From Nitrosopumilus sp. (GTDB lineage: Archaea; Thermoproteota; Nitrososphaeria; Nitrososphaerales; Nitrosopumilaceae), in contig JACNFR010000055.1 of the NCBI GenBank assembly GCA_014384555.1, positions 7,240 to 71,239 on the forward strand: DNA of 64,000 bases. The letters are read 5' to 3'. The notes under the pieces are model-generated. The model had not been told where the DNA came from. It did not search any database and saw only the letters and a program-made list of their open reading frames with translations. A program made the translations under genes and the position numbers. This document shows positions 25,471 to 35,823 of this stretch, piece after piece; position 1 is the first letter of the stretch, and each line of letters starts with the position of its first letter.

Positions 25471-27180
25471 TCACTTGTGTGTAAAAATTGCTTGATTTTG
25501 TGAATCTTTTCTACAATATCCAAATCTAACAAATTGAATTTCTTCTCCTTCTTTTAATTGTAGATAATGTGGTTCTGTATAAACATCTAATTCTTCTAAA
25601 CTGTCTTCGTTAAATTTATCTCCGTTGAACAATATTTTTGGAATTAGCATTTTAATTTCATGTGCTGTTTTTTGAGGAACCCATTGTATTTTTGAAATAT
25701 TATTAGTTTCACCATCTTCTATAAATTCTCCTTCTAATTCTATTCCTGATTTTGTAATCAATACATTTCCTAAACCTAAAAGACGAATCTGTGTATCTTC
25801 TTTGATGCTTTGTGCATCGTCTCCTGAAATGTAAAAATTTCCATCAATCTCGATTTTTCTTTTTCCCATATCGTTAATTGGATGATTTGGAATTTCAACT
25901 GATGACATTGACAAGTTTCGTACTGTGAGTTTTTTAGCATTGTTTACCATGAATAGTCTGATACTGTCACCATCTACAAATTTCCTGTTAAATGCCTCAA
26001 GTGAATCAAATGGTGCTAGAGTATTTGCTTTGGTAAATCCTAAGGACATGATGAATTTCTTAATGGCCTCCGGCTTGATCCCTCTTCTTCTTAATGCCTC
26101 TAAAGTTGGCAATCTTGGATCATCGTACCATGAAACTTTACCTTCTTCAATCAGAGGCTTGATGATTCTTTTTGAAATTGGCATTCCCTTGAATTCTAAT
26201 CTTGAGAAGAATCCTTGCGCTGGCTTTCTCATGTTTAATGCGTCTAAAATTGCATCAATTAGCTCTTTTCTTAATTCAAATTCTTTTGAACGAAAAGCAT
26301 GGGTAACTCCGTCAATACTGTCTTCTATGGCAACAGCCATATCATAACTTGGCCAAATTCTATATTTTTCTCCTAATGTGTAATGTTTCCCCTCAATAAT
26401 TCTAAATAATACTGGATCTCTCATAACCGCATTGTCTGCTTTCATATCTCCACGAAATCTTACAATGGCGTCTCCTGGTTTGAATTTCTCATTCATCTTT
26501 TCCCAATTTTTATTATTTTTTTCAATATCTTCAGTACTGCATTTACAAGCCTTTCTTTCTCTTCTATTCTTACTAATGTCCTCTCTCTTACAAGTACAAA
26601 TGTAAGCTTTACCTGAATTGATTAATTCATTCCCTTTCTCATAAAATATTTCCATGTCATCGGATGTACTTTTGACAGTATCAAATTTTATTCCTAGCCA
26701 TTCTAATCCTACTTTGATAGCTGCATGATATTCCATTCTTTCTGCTTCTGGATTGGTATCATCCATTCTTAGAATAAATTTCCCACCATACATCTTGGCA
26801 TATTCTGAATTAATGATGGCAGCTTTTGCATGACCAATGTGTGGATATCCATTAGGTTCTGGTGGAAATCTTGTTATGACTTTACCATGCTGTGCATCTT
26901 TTAGTTCTGGAAGTCCTTCCCTCTCTTCAATTTTTTCTTTAGGTATTAAGATATCTGGAAAATTCTCTTTGATCTCTTTTTCTTGTTCTTCTAATGATAA
27001 CTGATTAACTGATGTAACAATTTCAGAAATTTCTGGAGATATTTCCTTTACTTTATTTCTAAGATCTGATTTTGTTCCAAGAATTTTTCCTAAAATTATT
27101 TTATCTCTAGTCTCCCCACCATGCTCAAATGCATTTTGAAGAGCCATTTTTCTAATTTCTTTTTTTAGTTCTTCATCCAT
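25471..27180 (-). CDS. gltX: glutamyl-tRNA synthetase (archaeal type)
   Basis: 569 aa with PEPNGYPHIGHAKAA (HIGH) and class I Glx-RS architecture with the archaeal/eukaryal C-terminal anticodon-binding domains. Confidence 0.9.
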   Translation of the reverse strand: MDEELKKEIRKMALQNAFEHGGETRDKIILGKILGTKSDLRNKVKEISPEISEIVTSVNQLSLEEQEKEIKENFPDILIPKEKIEEREGLPELKDAQHGKVITRFPPEPNGYPHIGHAKAAIINSEYAKMYGGKFILRMDDTNPEAERMEYHAAIKVGLEWLGIKFDTVKSTSDDMEIFYEKGNELINSGKAYICTCKREDISKNRRERKACKCSTEDIEKNNKNWEKMNEKFKPGDAIVRFRGDMKADNAVMRDPVLFRIIEGKHYTLGEKYRIWPSYDMAVAIEDSIDGVTHAFRSKEFELRKELIDAILDALNMRKPAQGFFSRLEFKGMPISKRIIKPLIEEGKVSWYDDPRLPTLEALRRRGIKPEAIKKFIMSLGFTKANTLAPFDSLEAFNRKFVDGDSIRLFMVNNAKKLTVRNLSMSSVEIPNHPINDMGKRKIEIDGNFYISGDDAQSIKEDTQIRLLGLGNVLITKSGIELEGEFIEDGETNNISKIQWVPQKTAHEIKMLIPKILFNGDKFNEDSLEELDVYTEPHYLQLKEGEEIQFVRFGYCRKDSQNQAIFTHK

Positions 27181-27200
27181 GCCATTCTTACCTATTGCAA

Positions 27201-28181
27201 CTATACGCTTCTTTTAACCACAAAATCCAACAATGAGATTAACTCTGTTTTGGCTGGACCTGAATATTTCACTAATGCTTTTTCAGCTTTTTCAGCATAT
27301 TTTAGAGCCTGGTTTCTTACATTTTGTTCAATTCCTAAGGATCTAATGACATCAACGGCTTTACTGAGATCCGTTTTTGAAACTTTAGAATTCCCAAATG
27401 CTTTCAAAATAATTTTTTTATTATTACCTTTTGCTGATTTGATTGCCATTAAAATTGGAAGTGATTTTTTACCTTCTCTTAGATCATTCCCTACTGGTTT
27501 CTTTGTAATTTTAGGATCTCCCATTACTCCAATTAGATCATCAGTAATCTGAAATGCAATTCCTAAATTTCTTCCAAATGATGAAAGATTTGAAACATCA
27601 TTTGGTTTATTTGTTGCACAAATTGCTCCCATTGCACATGATACGTCAAACAATGCAGCTGTTTTTTTGCCTATCATTGTAATGTATTCTGCTTGTGAAG
27701 GGATTTTTTTCTCTTCTGCCATTTTGACATCCAGTAATTGCCCTTCACAGATATCTACACAAGCTTTTGAAAGTCTAGAAACAAGTTGTGTGGTTGCACT
27801 TGGTGATAATTTTGAATCTGTAATCACTTGAAATGCTTTTGAAAATAATACATCACCTGCGAGAATTGCAATTGGCATGCCAAATTTTTTATGAACTGTT
27901 GGAACACCATGACGCATTTCATCATTGTCCATAATGTCATCATGAACTAATGAGAAATTATGTACCATCTCGACCGCACTAGCAGCTGGCATTGCATTGG
28001 AGACATTCCCTTTTAAAATTTGACAGCTTTTAATTACCATATATGGTCGAAGTCTTTTTCCACCATTTACAATAAGGTGTCCAGCAGCATCATAGAGTTT
28101 TTTTGGATTACCTTTTAATTTAGAAATTAGATACTTGTTTACTGTTTTTGCATTTTGTTCGATTTGTTTAGTTTTTTTCAT
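27201..28181 (-). CDS. idsA: geranylgeranyl diphosphate synthase-type short-chain prenyltransferase
   Basis: 326 aa with LVHDDIMDND and FQITDDLIG. An aromatic Phe lies five residues before the first motif (NFSLVHDD). It sits at the end of the mevalonate gene string. Confidence 0.85.
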   Translation of the reverse strand: MKKTKQIEQNAKTVNKYLISKLKGNPKKLYDAAGHLIVNGGKRLRPYMVIKSCQILKGNVSNAMPAASAVEMVHNFSLVHDDIMDNDEMRHGVPTVHKKFGMPIAILAGDVLFSKAFQVITDSKLSPSATTQLVSRLSKACVDICEGQLLDVKMAEEKKIPSQAEYITMIGKKTAALFDVSCAMGAICATNKPNDVSNLSSFGRNLGIAFQITDDLIGVMGDPKITKKPVGNDLREGKKSLPILMAIKSAKGNNKKIILKAFGNSKVSKTDLSKAVDVIRSLGIEQNVRNQALKYAEKAEKALVKYSGPAKTELISLLDFVVKRSV

Positions 28182-28818
28182 TTACTAATCTCCATTTGTC
28201 ATCTGGTAGATGAATTTTAATTGCTTTTTGTAATTCATCTTTAACATCATTATTCATCCATGTAGATAAGACATTTGCATGCTTTTCAAGCATGGATTTA
28301 TTGGATTTATCTAATAATTCTAATGCAATAAGCATCCATGGACAATAAATTTCTGGATTTGCCTGTAACTCTACTAGCAATTCCTTTGATGAAATCCATT
28401 TAATTTCATCAATCTCTCCTTCTATCTCTTTTAGTTCGGTTGATTTATCAATAACTCCAATTAATGTTCCACAAATTTCATTTTCAGAACCAACATCTTT
28501 GTACGGGACATGATATTCAAATTTATGTAAATAATCTAATGTGCCATCAATTCCTAACTCTTCTGGCATTCTTCTTTCTCCTGAGGAAACATAAGTTTCT
28601 GATTCTCTTGGGTGACTTGCAAATGTTCCATCCCAATCATTAGGCCATAACATTTTCTCTTTAGCTCTCCTCGTGAGAACTAACCTTCCTTCATTATCAA
28701 ACAATAATGCAGTAAATGCTCTATGTAATTTTCCGTCTGGTAAATGACATTTTACTTTTTCTTCTGTTCCGATTGGATTATCGTTTTCATCTACTAAAAT
28801 AACAAATTCTTCAGACAT
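28168..28818 (-). CDS. idi: Nudix-type (type 1) isopentenyl-diphosphate isomerase homologue
   Basis: Aligns by eye with E. coli Idi: H..LHRAFTALLFD, LTRRAKEKMLWPNDWDGTFASHP, SENEICG, CPW. Start placed at Met11 of the track ORF (MSEEFVILVD). Confidence 0.75.
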   Translation of the reverse strand: MSEEFVILVDENDNPIGTEEKVKCHLPDGKLHRAFTALLFDNEGRLVLTRRAKEKMLWPNDWDGTFASHPRESETYVSSGERRMPEELGIDGTLDYLHKFEYHVPYKDVGSENEICGTLIGVIDKSTELKEIEGEIDEIKWISSKELLVELQANPEIYCPWMLIALELLDKSNKSMLEKHANVLSTWMNNDVKDELQKAIKIHLPDDKWRLVNEKN

Positions 28819-29572
28819 TTTTTTTACCTCTAAACAATGTTCCTTCAAATGTCCTATTTTTAACCGCTTTTACAATTCTTTCTGGTTTATTTCCATTAGC
28901 AAAGAACACATTCAAACCCATTTTGGCAATTTTTGATGCTTCTTCTACTTTTCTAGTCATTCCTCCAGTAACATCCATTTTGTTTTCAGAAATAGTTGGT
29001 CGTTCACCTTGTAATTCATAAATTAGCTTTTTTGATTTCAAATCTGAATACAATCCATCTTCATTTAATGCAAAAATACAAAGTCTCGGTTTGAGAATTT
29101 TGGCAAGATGAGTCATTATTTTATCTCCTGATAGAATGTATGTTTTTTTCTGACCAAACCATAATGCATCTCCAAATGTGACTGGAATCAGACCTGATTT
29201 GGCAATTTTTTCAATTTCTTTAATTTTTTTAGTAATGGGTTTATTTCCAGACATAAAGTCTGTTGGTGGAAGACAGTATGGATTTAGTTTATTTTTTAGC
29301 ATTGAATCTAAGATAATTTTATTTAATTCGATCATTGAATTTTTAACAATAGATACTCCTCTTAGATCGTATTTTTTTTCTTTTGTATGCATGTCATATT
29401 TTACAGACCAAAAATGTCCATAGGAGCCTCCTCCATGAACAATGATTATTGGCTCATTAATTTTTCTCAAACTTTTAGAAAGATTTTCAATTGTTTTTTT
29501 CCTTGCTGATAATGGTTTTTCTTTATTTGTGATAATCGAACCGCCTAATTTTATTAAAATCATATTGTCCAA
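28811..29572 (-). CDS. ipk: isopentenyl phosphate kinase
   Basis: 253 aa amino-acid-kinase fold with ILIKLGGSIITNK, IIVHGGGSYGH and DVTGGM. Confidence 0.8.
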   Translation of the reverse strand: MDNMILIKLGGSIITNKEKPLSARKKTIENLSKSLRKINEPIIIVHGGGSYGHFWSVKYDMHTKEKKYDLRGVSIVKNSMIELNKIILDSMLKNKLNPYCLPPTDFMSGNKPITKKIKEIEKIAKSGLIPVTFGDALWFGQKKTYILSGDKIMTHLAKILKPRLCIFALNEDGLYSDLKSKKLIYELQGERPTISENKMDVTGGMTRKVEEASKIAKMGLNVFFANGNKPERIVKAVKNRTFEGTLFRGKKNV

Positions 29573-29586
29573 ACTTATCTGATCAA

Positions 29587-30528
29587 TTAAAAAGTATCCA
29601 GTCCCTTAAAATCAATTTTTACGGAAAAACAATCATAATTATCCTCTTTGAATTGATTCAAGGTTTGTTCTAGATTTGATTCATCTGTAAGTGCAATAAT
29701 ACATCCTCCTCCACCTGCACCTGTAATTTTTGCACCGAATGATTTGTTTTGACCTATCTGAATCATTTTTCTCAATTTTTCATTTGAAATTCCTATAGTT
29801 TCAAGATATTCTTGATTTTCTCTTATTTTATTTCCTAATTCTACAGTATTGTTCTTTTTTAATAAATCTAAAACATCTTCTATCAACTTTGATTCTTTAT
29901 CACATAATATGGAAAATCTATTCTCATCATTTTCTTTGAACTGTTTTACGCCTTCTACAACCATTTTGGTAGAGTGCTCTATATTGGAATTGGCAATTAC
30001 AAGATGAAAATTAGGCTCAGATTCTATTTTTGTGAATCCATTTTTCTTATCATATTCCATAATTCCTCCATATGTACACACGGTACAATCTGCACCAGAT
30101 GTATTTTCAAAAATTGTTTTCTCAGCTTCTATTGCAAGTTCTAGAATTTCTTCTTTAGATGTTTTATTGAATAATCTTGAAATTGCTGCAGCACCTGCAA
30201 CACAACATGCAGATGATGAACCCAAACCAACTCCTAATGGAATTTCTGACTCTACATCGATTTTAATTCCAGTTTTTTGATTTTCTAATAATTTATTTGC
30301 TAAATAATAAAATGGTTTTAACGGTGAATTAATTTCTGAAATATCTTTGTTAGGTTCTAATTCTAAATTTCCAATATTCGATTTAATGTAAATTTTGTTT
30401 TCTTTAATTGTCTCTGCAGTAACTGTGATTCTTTTATTTATTGCACAAAGTATTGCTTTAACGCCATATACTACAAAATGTTCGCCAAAAAGAATTACTT
30501 TTGCTGGTGATGAAGCTTTAGATTTCAA
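29587..30528 (-). CDS. mvk: mevalonate kinase
   Basis: 313 aa GHMP kinase with KVILFGEHFVVYG, PLGVGLGSSSACCVA and KITGAGGGGC. Confidence 0.85.
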   Translation of the reverse strand: MKSKASSPAKVILFGEHFVVYGVKAILCAINKRITVTAETIKENKIYIKSNIGNLELEPNKDISEINSPLKPFYYLANKLLENQKTGIKIDVESEIPLGVGLGSSSACCVAGAAAISRLFNKTSKEEILELAIEAEKTIFENTSGADCTVCTYGGIMEYDKKNGFTKIESEPNFHLVIANSNIEHSTKMVVEGVKQFKENDENRFSILCDKESKLIEDVLDLLKKNNTVELGNKIRENQEYLETIGISNEKLRKMIQIGQNKSFGAKITGAGGGGCIIALTDESNLEQTLNQFKEDNYDCFSVKIDFKGLDTF

Positions 30529-30552
30529 TAGTATACTTTAAAATTTTGAAAA

Positions 30553-31176
30553 TTATTCGATTTCTTCTTCGGTAATCTTTGTTTCAAAATCATCGATTTC
30601 TTCTTTCATTAATCCATCTTCTTTTAATTCCCCTCTTTCAATTAAGACTTGACGGACCAATAACCAGTAAACTGTTGCTAGAGCTTTTCTTCCTCTATTG
30701 TTTGCTGGAATAATTACATCTAGATTTGATGTGATGTTGTCTGTGTTTGCAATTCCGATAATTGGAATACCTGCATTTGTCGCTTCGATAATTGCCTGTT
30801 CATCTACTTGTGGGTCTGAAATTAAAACTAATTTTGGCTCAATGTAATATGGTAATGACGGATTTGTTAAAGTTCCTGGCATGAATCTTCCAAGTAGTTT
30901 CTTTGAGCCTAAACTATCACAGAATTTCTCAATTGGAGTTTCTGCATATTGTCTACCTGAACATACGATGAGATTTTCAGCCCCTAATCTATTAATGAAT
31001 TTGGCAGCTGTCTGAATTTTTTCTAATGTGATGTCTAAATCGAGCATGTAAAGTCCTTCGGGACTGGCTTTAGTAATGAATGGTTTCATGAATTTTGTCT
31101 TTACTTGTGTACCTACTCTGATACCAGTGGCTAAAACCTTCTTTTTGATGTCAGTTGCTTCAGTTTGTTGACTCAT
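30553..31176 (-). CDS. rps2: 30S ribosomal protein uS2
   Basis: 207 aa with the archaeal S2 pattern (GIRVGTQVKT, LVLISDPQVDEQAIIEA, IPIIGIANTDN). Confidence 0.9.
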   Translation of the reverse strand: MSQQTEATDIKKKVLATGIRVGTQVKTKFMKPFITKASPEGLYMLDLDITLEKIQTAAKFINRLGAENLIVCSGRQYAETPIEKFCDSLGSKKLLGRFMPGTLTNPSLPYYIEPKLVLISDPQVDEQAIIEATNAGIPIIGIANTDNITSNLDVIIPANNRGRKALATVYWLLVRQVLIERGELKEDGLMKEEIDDFETKITEEEIE

Positions 31177-31183
31177 GACGATT

Positions 31184-32422
31184 TTAAATCTCTGCCATAC
31201 CGCGTATTAAATCATGCTCTGATAGTCGTAATAATTCATTAAGTTTTGCCACTCTTTCGCCTCCTACAATGCCCACTTTGAGCATTTTTGACTTTGTGGC
31301 AAGACCGATATGTGATATTTGTGAATCTGTGGATTCTCCAGATCTATGTGAGGTGATTAGTTTGATATTGTTTTGAGTTGCTTCATCAGCAAATTCTAGT
31401 GCATCAAAAAGACTACCTGCTTGATTTACTTTTAAAATTGCAGCATTACATGATTTTAGATCAATTGCTTTTTTTAGGATATTTTTGTTTGTGACTGTTA
31501 GGTCATCTCCTGTAATCAGCGTGTTTGGGAATTTCTTTGTCAATTCTGACATGTCTTCAAATGCTTCTTCATGGACAGCATCTTCAGCATAAATTAATTT
31601 GAAATTTTCAATAATATTTGCTGCAAAATCAATCTGATCCCCAGTAGAATTTTCAAATCCTGCTCTATCATAAACATACTTTTCTTTTTGCTCATTCCAC
31701 TGTGTTGAAGATGCAAAATCAACTCCTAATGACACTTCTTTTCCTAGAGTAAATCCTAAATTCTCACATGCTTTTGCAGAAATTTCTAATGCTTTTTGAT
31801 TTTCCAATTTTGGTGCCCATCCACCTTCATCACCTCTTCCATTTGTAAAACTAGGATCTTCTTTTTCTAAAACACGACGTAGTTCTTTGTGTACTGATAA
31901 ATTAGTTTCAATAGCATCTTCGATAGTTTTAGAACCTGTGGCACAAATCAATATCTCTTGAATATCTGGAGTACCAGGCCCTGCATGTGCCCCTCCTCCT
32001 AAAATATTTCCTAATGGAAATGGAAATTTAAATGAAGATTCTGATGATAGTGTTCTAAACAATGGTTCTCCAGATGCCTTTGATGCTGATTCCATAGAAG
32101 CAATTGTAACTGCAAAAGCTAAAGCTCCTCCAACTACTGAATAATTTGTAGAACCGTCTATACTTTTTAGAACATCATGAATTCCTTTCAAATCTGATGA
32201 TTCTAAACCGATAAATTTTTGAGAATTTTCTTTTAAAATTCTAAGACTCTCTTCAGGTTTCTCATTTGGAAAACTAACTGCTTCATATTTTCCTACACTT
32301 GCACCTGACGGTGCACATACTCTTCCTAAAAATTGATTATCTGATTTTACATCTACTTCAATAGTTTTGCTTCCTCTACTATTGTATAGAATACGTCCTT
32401 CGATTGAGGATACTTTGGCCAA
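31184..32422 (-). CDS. eno: enolase
   Basis: 412 aa with ILKVNQAGSL and SHRSGESTDSQISHIGLA motifs. Confidence 0.9.
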   Translation of the reverse strand: MAKVSSIEGRILYNSRGSKTIEVDVKSDNQFLGRVCAPSGASVGKYEAVSFPNEKPEESLRILKENSQKFIGLESSDLKGIHDVLKSIDGSTNYSVVGGALAFAVTIASMESASKASGEPLFRTLSSESSFKFPFPLGNILGGGAHAGPGTPDIQEILICATGSKTIEDAIETNLSVHKELRRVLEKEDPSFTNGRGDEGGWAPKLENQKALEISAKACENLGFTLGKEVSLGVDFASSTQWNEQKEKYVYDRAGFENSTGDQIDFAANIIENFKLIYAEDAVHEEAFEDMSELTKKFPNTLITGDDLTVTNKNILKKAIDLKSCNAAILKVNQAGSLFDALEFADEATQNNIKLITSHRSGESTDSQISHIGLATKSKMLKVGIVGGERVAKLNELLRLSEHDLIRGMAEI

Positions 32423-32423
32423 G

Positions 32424-32678
32424 TTATTCTAACTCAGATTGAACTTCTTGTTTTCTTCTCTGAATTGCTTCGTAGAATGGTATAACTTGTTGAATTGTTT
32501 CTACAGTAGTCAAAAGCATTCTTCTACAACAATATCTTTCAAAACCTAAAGAATCAAGAGTTTTTGTAGGATCTTCTCCTGCTTTAATTTTATTTTGATA
32601 ATCGTCAAATTTATCTGCAATTAATTTTCCACAAGTTAAACATCTAACAGGAATTAACACGAACGAAAAAGTAACCAA
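32424..32678 (-). CDS. rpoN: DNA-directed RNA polymerase subunit N (Rpo10)
   Basis: IPVRCLTCGK ... YCCRRM zinc-binding pattern. No in-frame ATG; the candidate starts are TTG (32678) or GTG (32660, giving MLIPVRC...). Confidence 0.85.
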   Translation of the reverse strand: MVTFSFVLIPVRCLTCGKLIADKFDDYQNKIKAGEDPTKTLDSLGFERYCCRRMLLTTVETIQQVIPFYEAIQRRKQEVQSELE

Positions 32679-32710
32679 GGATTATAAAAACCATGCAAGA
32701 AAATTCCTTT

Positions 32711-32798
32711 GCGGACGTCGCCCAGCCTGGCCAAAGGCGCTAGCTTGAGGGGCTAGTCTCTCAGGAGTTCGTGGGTTCAAATCCCATCGTCCGCACCA
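32711..32798 (+). tRNA. tRNA-Leu (anticodon GAG), long variable arm, CCA encoded
   Basis: Acceptor GCGGACG/CGTCCGC, anticodon arm CTAGC-TTGAGGG-GCTAG, variable arm TCTCTCAGGAGTTC, T arm GTGGG-TTCAAAT-CCCAT, then A-CCA. Confidence 0.9.
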
Positions 32799-32809
32799 CT
32801 AATTCTATA

Positions 32810-33424
32810 CTATTTCTCTAATTTTTGTAAAATCTTGATTAATTCAGTTCGTCTTTTTTCTTCCGTAATCACTGATCTGACATCATCCACTAGGATTCTG
32901 TTTACATCAATTTTCCTTCTTGCTTCTTTTACTACTTTGTCATACATTGAGAATGTGTAAAGTTGAAGATACAAACTCTCCATTATCTCAAAAATTCTTG
33001 TTGCTTCATCAATTTTGTCCATTCTGATTTTATCAAATACTTGTCTTTTCAGTTCACCAACACAGTCGAGCAATCCTAAAACATATGATTCTGGCATCAC
33101 TGCTAATTTTTTATCTGAAGGAATTTCTTTTTGTTCAACAATTGCAATTAAACATGCAGCTTCTACAAATTCTTGTTCAGGAGTAATTAGGTATCTTCTC
33201 AACCCTCCAGTTGCTTTTTTCTTGTATTTTTTTAATAATGTCTCTGCCTGGTTTAGATTCTTTTTTCCAGTTGTTAAATCTCCTTTATGAACTGCAATAA
33301 TTGATTTACTACATAGAATGATAATTTCTCTAGTATTTTTTAGCAGAAATTCTCTAGAGTCTTGGATAATTCCCAAATCTTTTGCAATTTTATTTAATGA
33401 TGGTTTTACATTCTTTAATGTCAT
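32810..33424 (-). CDS. translin-family nucleic-acid-binding protein
   Basis: 204 aa, all-helical, with YVLGLLDCVGELKRQ resembling the translin Y..G..D..GEL.R motif. Confidence 0.6.
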   Translation of the reverse strand: MTLKNVKPSLNKIAKDLGIIQDSREFLLKNTREIIILCSKSIIAVHKGDLTTGKKNLNQAETLLKKYKKKATGGLRRYLITPEQEFVEAACLIAIVEQKEIPSDKKLAVMPESYVLGLLDCVGELKRQVFDKIRMDKIDEATRIFEIMESLYLQLYTFSMYDKVVKEARRKIDVNRILVDDVRSVITEEKRRTELIKILQKLEK

Positions 33425-33488
33425 GCTTACACTTGTTTTGAAACTAGGATAAAGTCGTTTGCTAAACTCTTATTTTGGATATAATTTA

Positions 33489-34145
33489 ATGAATGATATG
33501 GAAATTACTGTTGAACAAATGTACAATATTGAAAACAAAGGCCATGATATGGGATTTTTGAAAAAATTTATGATGGAAAATGCAGGAGCTGCAGCAGTTA
33601 GAAGATTACTTGAAAAAGTGAGGAGTGTGGAATCAAAAAATATTCTAATTTTTGTTGGATTGGGAAATAATGGTGGTGATGGATTGGTTATGGCAAGACA
33701 TCTTGCAGGGTATGGTGCAAAAGTCACTGTAATGTTACTTGGACATCCTGACAAAATAAAAACTGAGGAAAGCAATTGGAATTGGTCTATATTGGAAAAG
33801 ATGCCTTCTGTGAAATTAATGTCAGGAGATTTTGTTAATTTTGATTTTAAACCTGATGTTATAGTTGATGGAATTTTAGGTACAGGAATTACTGGAGAAA
33901 TTAGGGAGCCATACGCATCTGCAATAAATTACATTAATGAAACAGATTGTTACAAATTTGCAGTTGATGTTCCATCTGGATTGGATCCACAAACTGGTGA
34001 AACTGCAAATATTTTCACAAAATGTGACATGACAGTAACGTTTCACAAAATGAAGAAAGGAATTCCTAAACGAAAAGATTTGACTGGTGAATTGTTTGCT
34101 GAGAAAATTGGAATTCCACCAGAAGCTGAAGAGGGCATACTATGA
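33489..34145 (+). CDS. nnrE: NAD(P)H-hydrate epimerase (YjeF N-terminal domain)
   Basis: FVGLGNNGGDGLVMARHL and VDGILGTGITGEIREP motifs. The first ATG is at 33489 (the track ORF starts at TTG 33459). Confidence 0.8.
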   Translation: MNDMEITVEQMYNIENKGHDMGFLKKFMMENAGAAAVRRLLEKVRSVESKNILIFVGLGNNGGDGLVMARHLAGYGAKVTVMLLGHPDKIKTEESNWNWSILEKMPSVKLMSGDFVNFDFKPDVIVDGILGTGITGEIREPYASAINYINETDCYKFAVDVPSGLDPQTGETANIFTKCDMTVTFHKMKKGIPKRKDLTGELFAEKIGIPPEAEEGIL

Positions 34146-34750
34146 AAGTCCATCAAATTCAAGTCGGAAACATGCAGAATTTTTCATACATTGTAGAAGA
34201 TGAAGATACTAGCGAATCAATCATAATTGATCCTTCTTGGGATTTAATTGAATTAGAAATGATCATTAAAGAAAATGCTCTAAAAATAAAATACATTGTA
34301 AACACACATCATCATTTTGATCATACATTGGGAAACGAGGCAATGGCAGAATCTACTAAAGCCCCAATCATTCAACATGAAAATTCCGAATTAAAACATG
34401 ACATCACAGTAAAGGATGGGGATTTCATTGAATTTGGAAATTCTAAATTAAAAGTACTTCATACTCCTGGTCATTCTCAAGATAGCATTTGTCTTGTAGG
34501 TGACGGAAAAATTTTTTCTGGTGATACATTGTTTGTTGGAAATTGTGGTAGAATTGATTTACCTGGAGGTTCTGCAAAAGATCTTTATCATAGTCTTTTT
34601 GATGTTTTACACAATTTAGATGAAAATCTAGTCATGTATTCGGGTCATAATTATGGCGGGTCTGAGATCTCTACTCTTGGGCAGGAGAAAATTACTAATC
34701 ACGTGATGCAAAAACGAACTGAACAACAGTTTCTTGATATGATGGGTTAG
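34142..34750 (+). CDS. MBL-fold metallo-hydrolase (glyoxalase II-like)
   Basis: 202 aa with NTHHHFDHTLGN, HTPGHS and GDTLF motifs. ATGA overlap with nnrE. Confidence 0.8.
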   Translation: MKVHQIQVGNMQNFSYIVEDEDTSESIIIDPSWDLIELEMIIKENALKIKYIVNTHHHFDHTLGNEAMAESTKAPIIQHENSELKHDITVKDGDFIEFGNSKLKVLHTPGHSQDSICLVGDGKIFSGDTLFVGNCGRIDLPGGSAKDLYHSLFDVLHNLDENLVMYSGHNYGGSEISTLGQEKITNHVMQKRTEQQFLDMMG

Positions 34751-34758
34751 GGATTTTG

Positions 34759-35823
34759 ATGGATAATTTTGAACTATTTGGAAATGTAGAACAAGGAAAA
34801 AATTTTCTTGAATCAATGAAGAATGGACGATTCTTATTTTCACTTGTTATTTCATATACTGAAACCTGTGAAATTCCCGGAATTACTTTTGCCGGGGCTG
34901 ACAAGGATTCAATACAGTTCACTCCTCCTGCAGATGCTGAATACCTTCATTATGGATATTGTAAAACAATTGATAAAATTCCAATGACTCCTGATGGAAA
35001 GCCAACTCCTGGATTACTTACAAAAACTGCATTGGAATCTGCAAGTATTCCTCACCTGACAATTAATGCTGGTAGTAAAATTTCTCCACAACTTCCGTTT
35101 GTTGATACAGGAATGACATTTGGGAAAAACATTTCAACACAAGATGCTATGAGTGATTCTCAGGTCTCTCATGCTGTGGATTATGGAAGAATTGTTGGTA
35201 GAAGCATGGCATCGCTTACTGATTGTTTAGTGATTGGTGAAAGTATTCCAGGAGGAACTACTACTGCTCTATCTGTATTGAAGGCATTAGGTTTTGATGC
35301 TAAAGTTAGTTCTAGTATTCCAAATAATCCTGTTGAACTAAAAAATCAAATTGTCAATTCTGCATTAGAGCGAATAGATTCTGATCATCCCTATAGCATG
35401 GTGGCAAAAGTTGGTGATCCTATGATTCCTTTTGTTGCTGGCATGTTGAGTTCTGCTTCTAGCGTATCTAATGTAATGCTTGCAGGTGGAACTCAAATGG
35501 CAGCTGTTTTGGCATTTGCATCAAAAATTGGATTCAATGAAGAAAATACTACCATAGGAACAACTTCTTACATTACTGATGATGAGAGTGCAAATTTTAC
35601 CACACTTGTAAAAGAAATTGCAGATATTCCTGCTATATCTGTAAATCCAGGCTTGGAAAATTCACAATATTCTGGTTTGAAAGCATTTTCTGAAGGATTT
35701 GCAAAAGAAGGAGTTGGGGCAGGTGGAAGTATTATCTCTTCAATGATTAAAACTGGTAATGATTCTACAAGATTTTTAGAGATTGCAGAAAAAGAATATC
35801 ATAGATTATTTACTTCACAGTAA
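34759..35823 (+). CDS. archaeal CobT-like (TIGR00303/UPF0284) nicotinate-nucleotide-dimethylbenzimidazole phosphoribosyltransferase homologue
   Basis: About 354 aa with ISYTETCEIPGITFAGA, VIGESIPGGTTTA and MLAGGTQMAAV, as remembered for this family. Confidence 0.6.
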   Translation: MDNFELFGNVEQGKNFLESMKNGRFLFSLVISYTETCEIPGITFAGADKDSIQFTPPADAEYLHYGYCKTIDKIPMTPDGKPTPGLLTKTALESASIPHLTINAGSKISPQLPFVDTGMTFGKNISTQDAMSDSQVSHAVDYGRIVGRSMASLTDCLVIGESIPGGTTTALSVLKALGFDAKVSSSIPNNPVELKNQIVNSALERIDSDHPYSMVAKVGDPMIPFVAGMLSSASSVSNVMLAGGTQMAAVLAFASKIGFNEENTTIGTTSYITDDESANFTTLVKEIADIPAISVNPGLENSQYSGLKAFSEGFAKEGVGAGGSIISSMIKTGNDSTRFLEIAEKEYHRLFTSQ

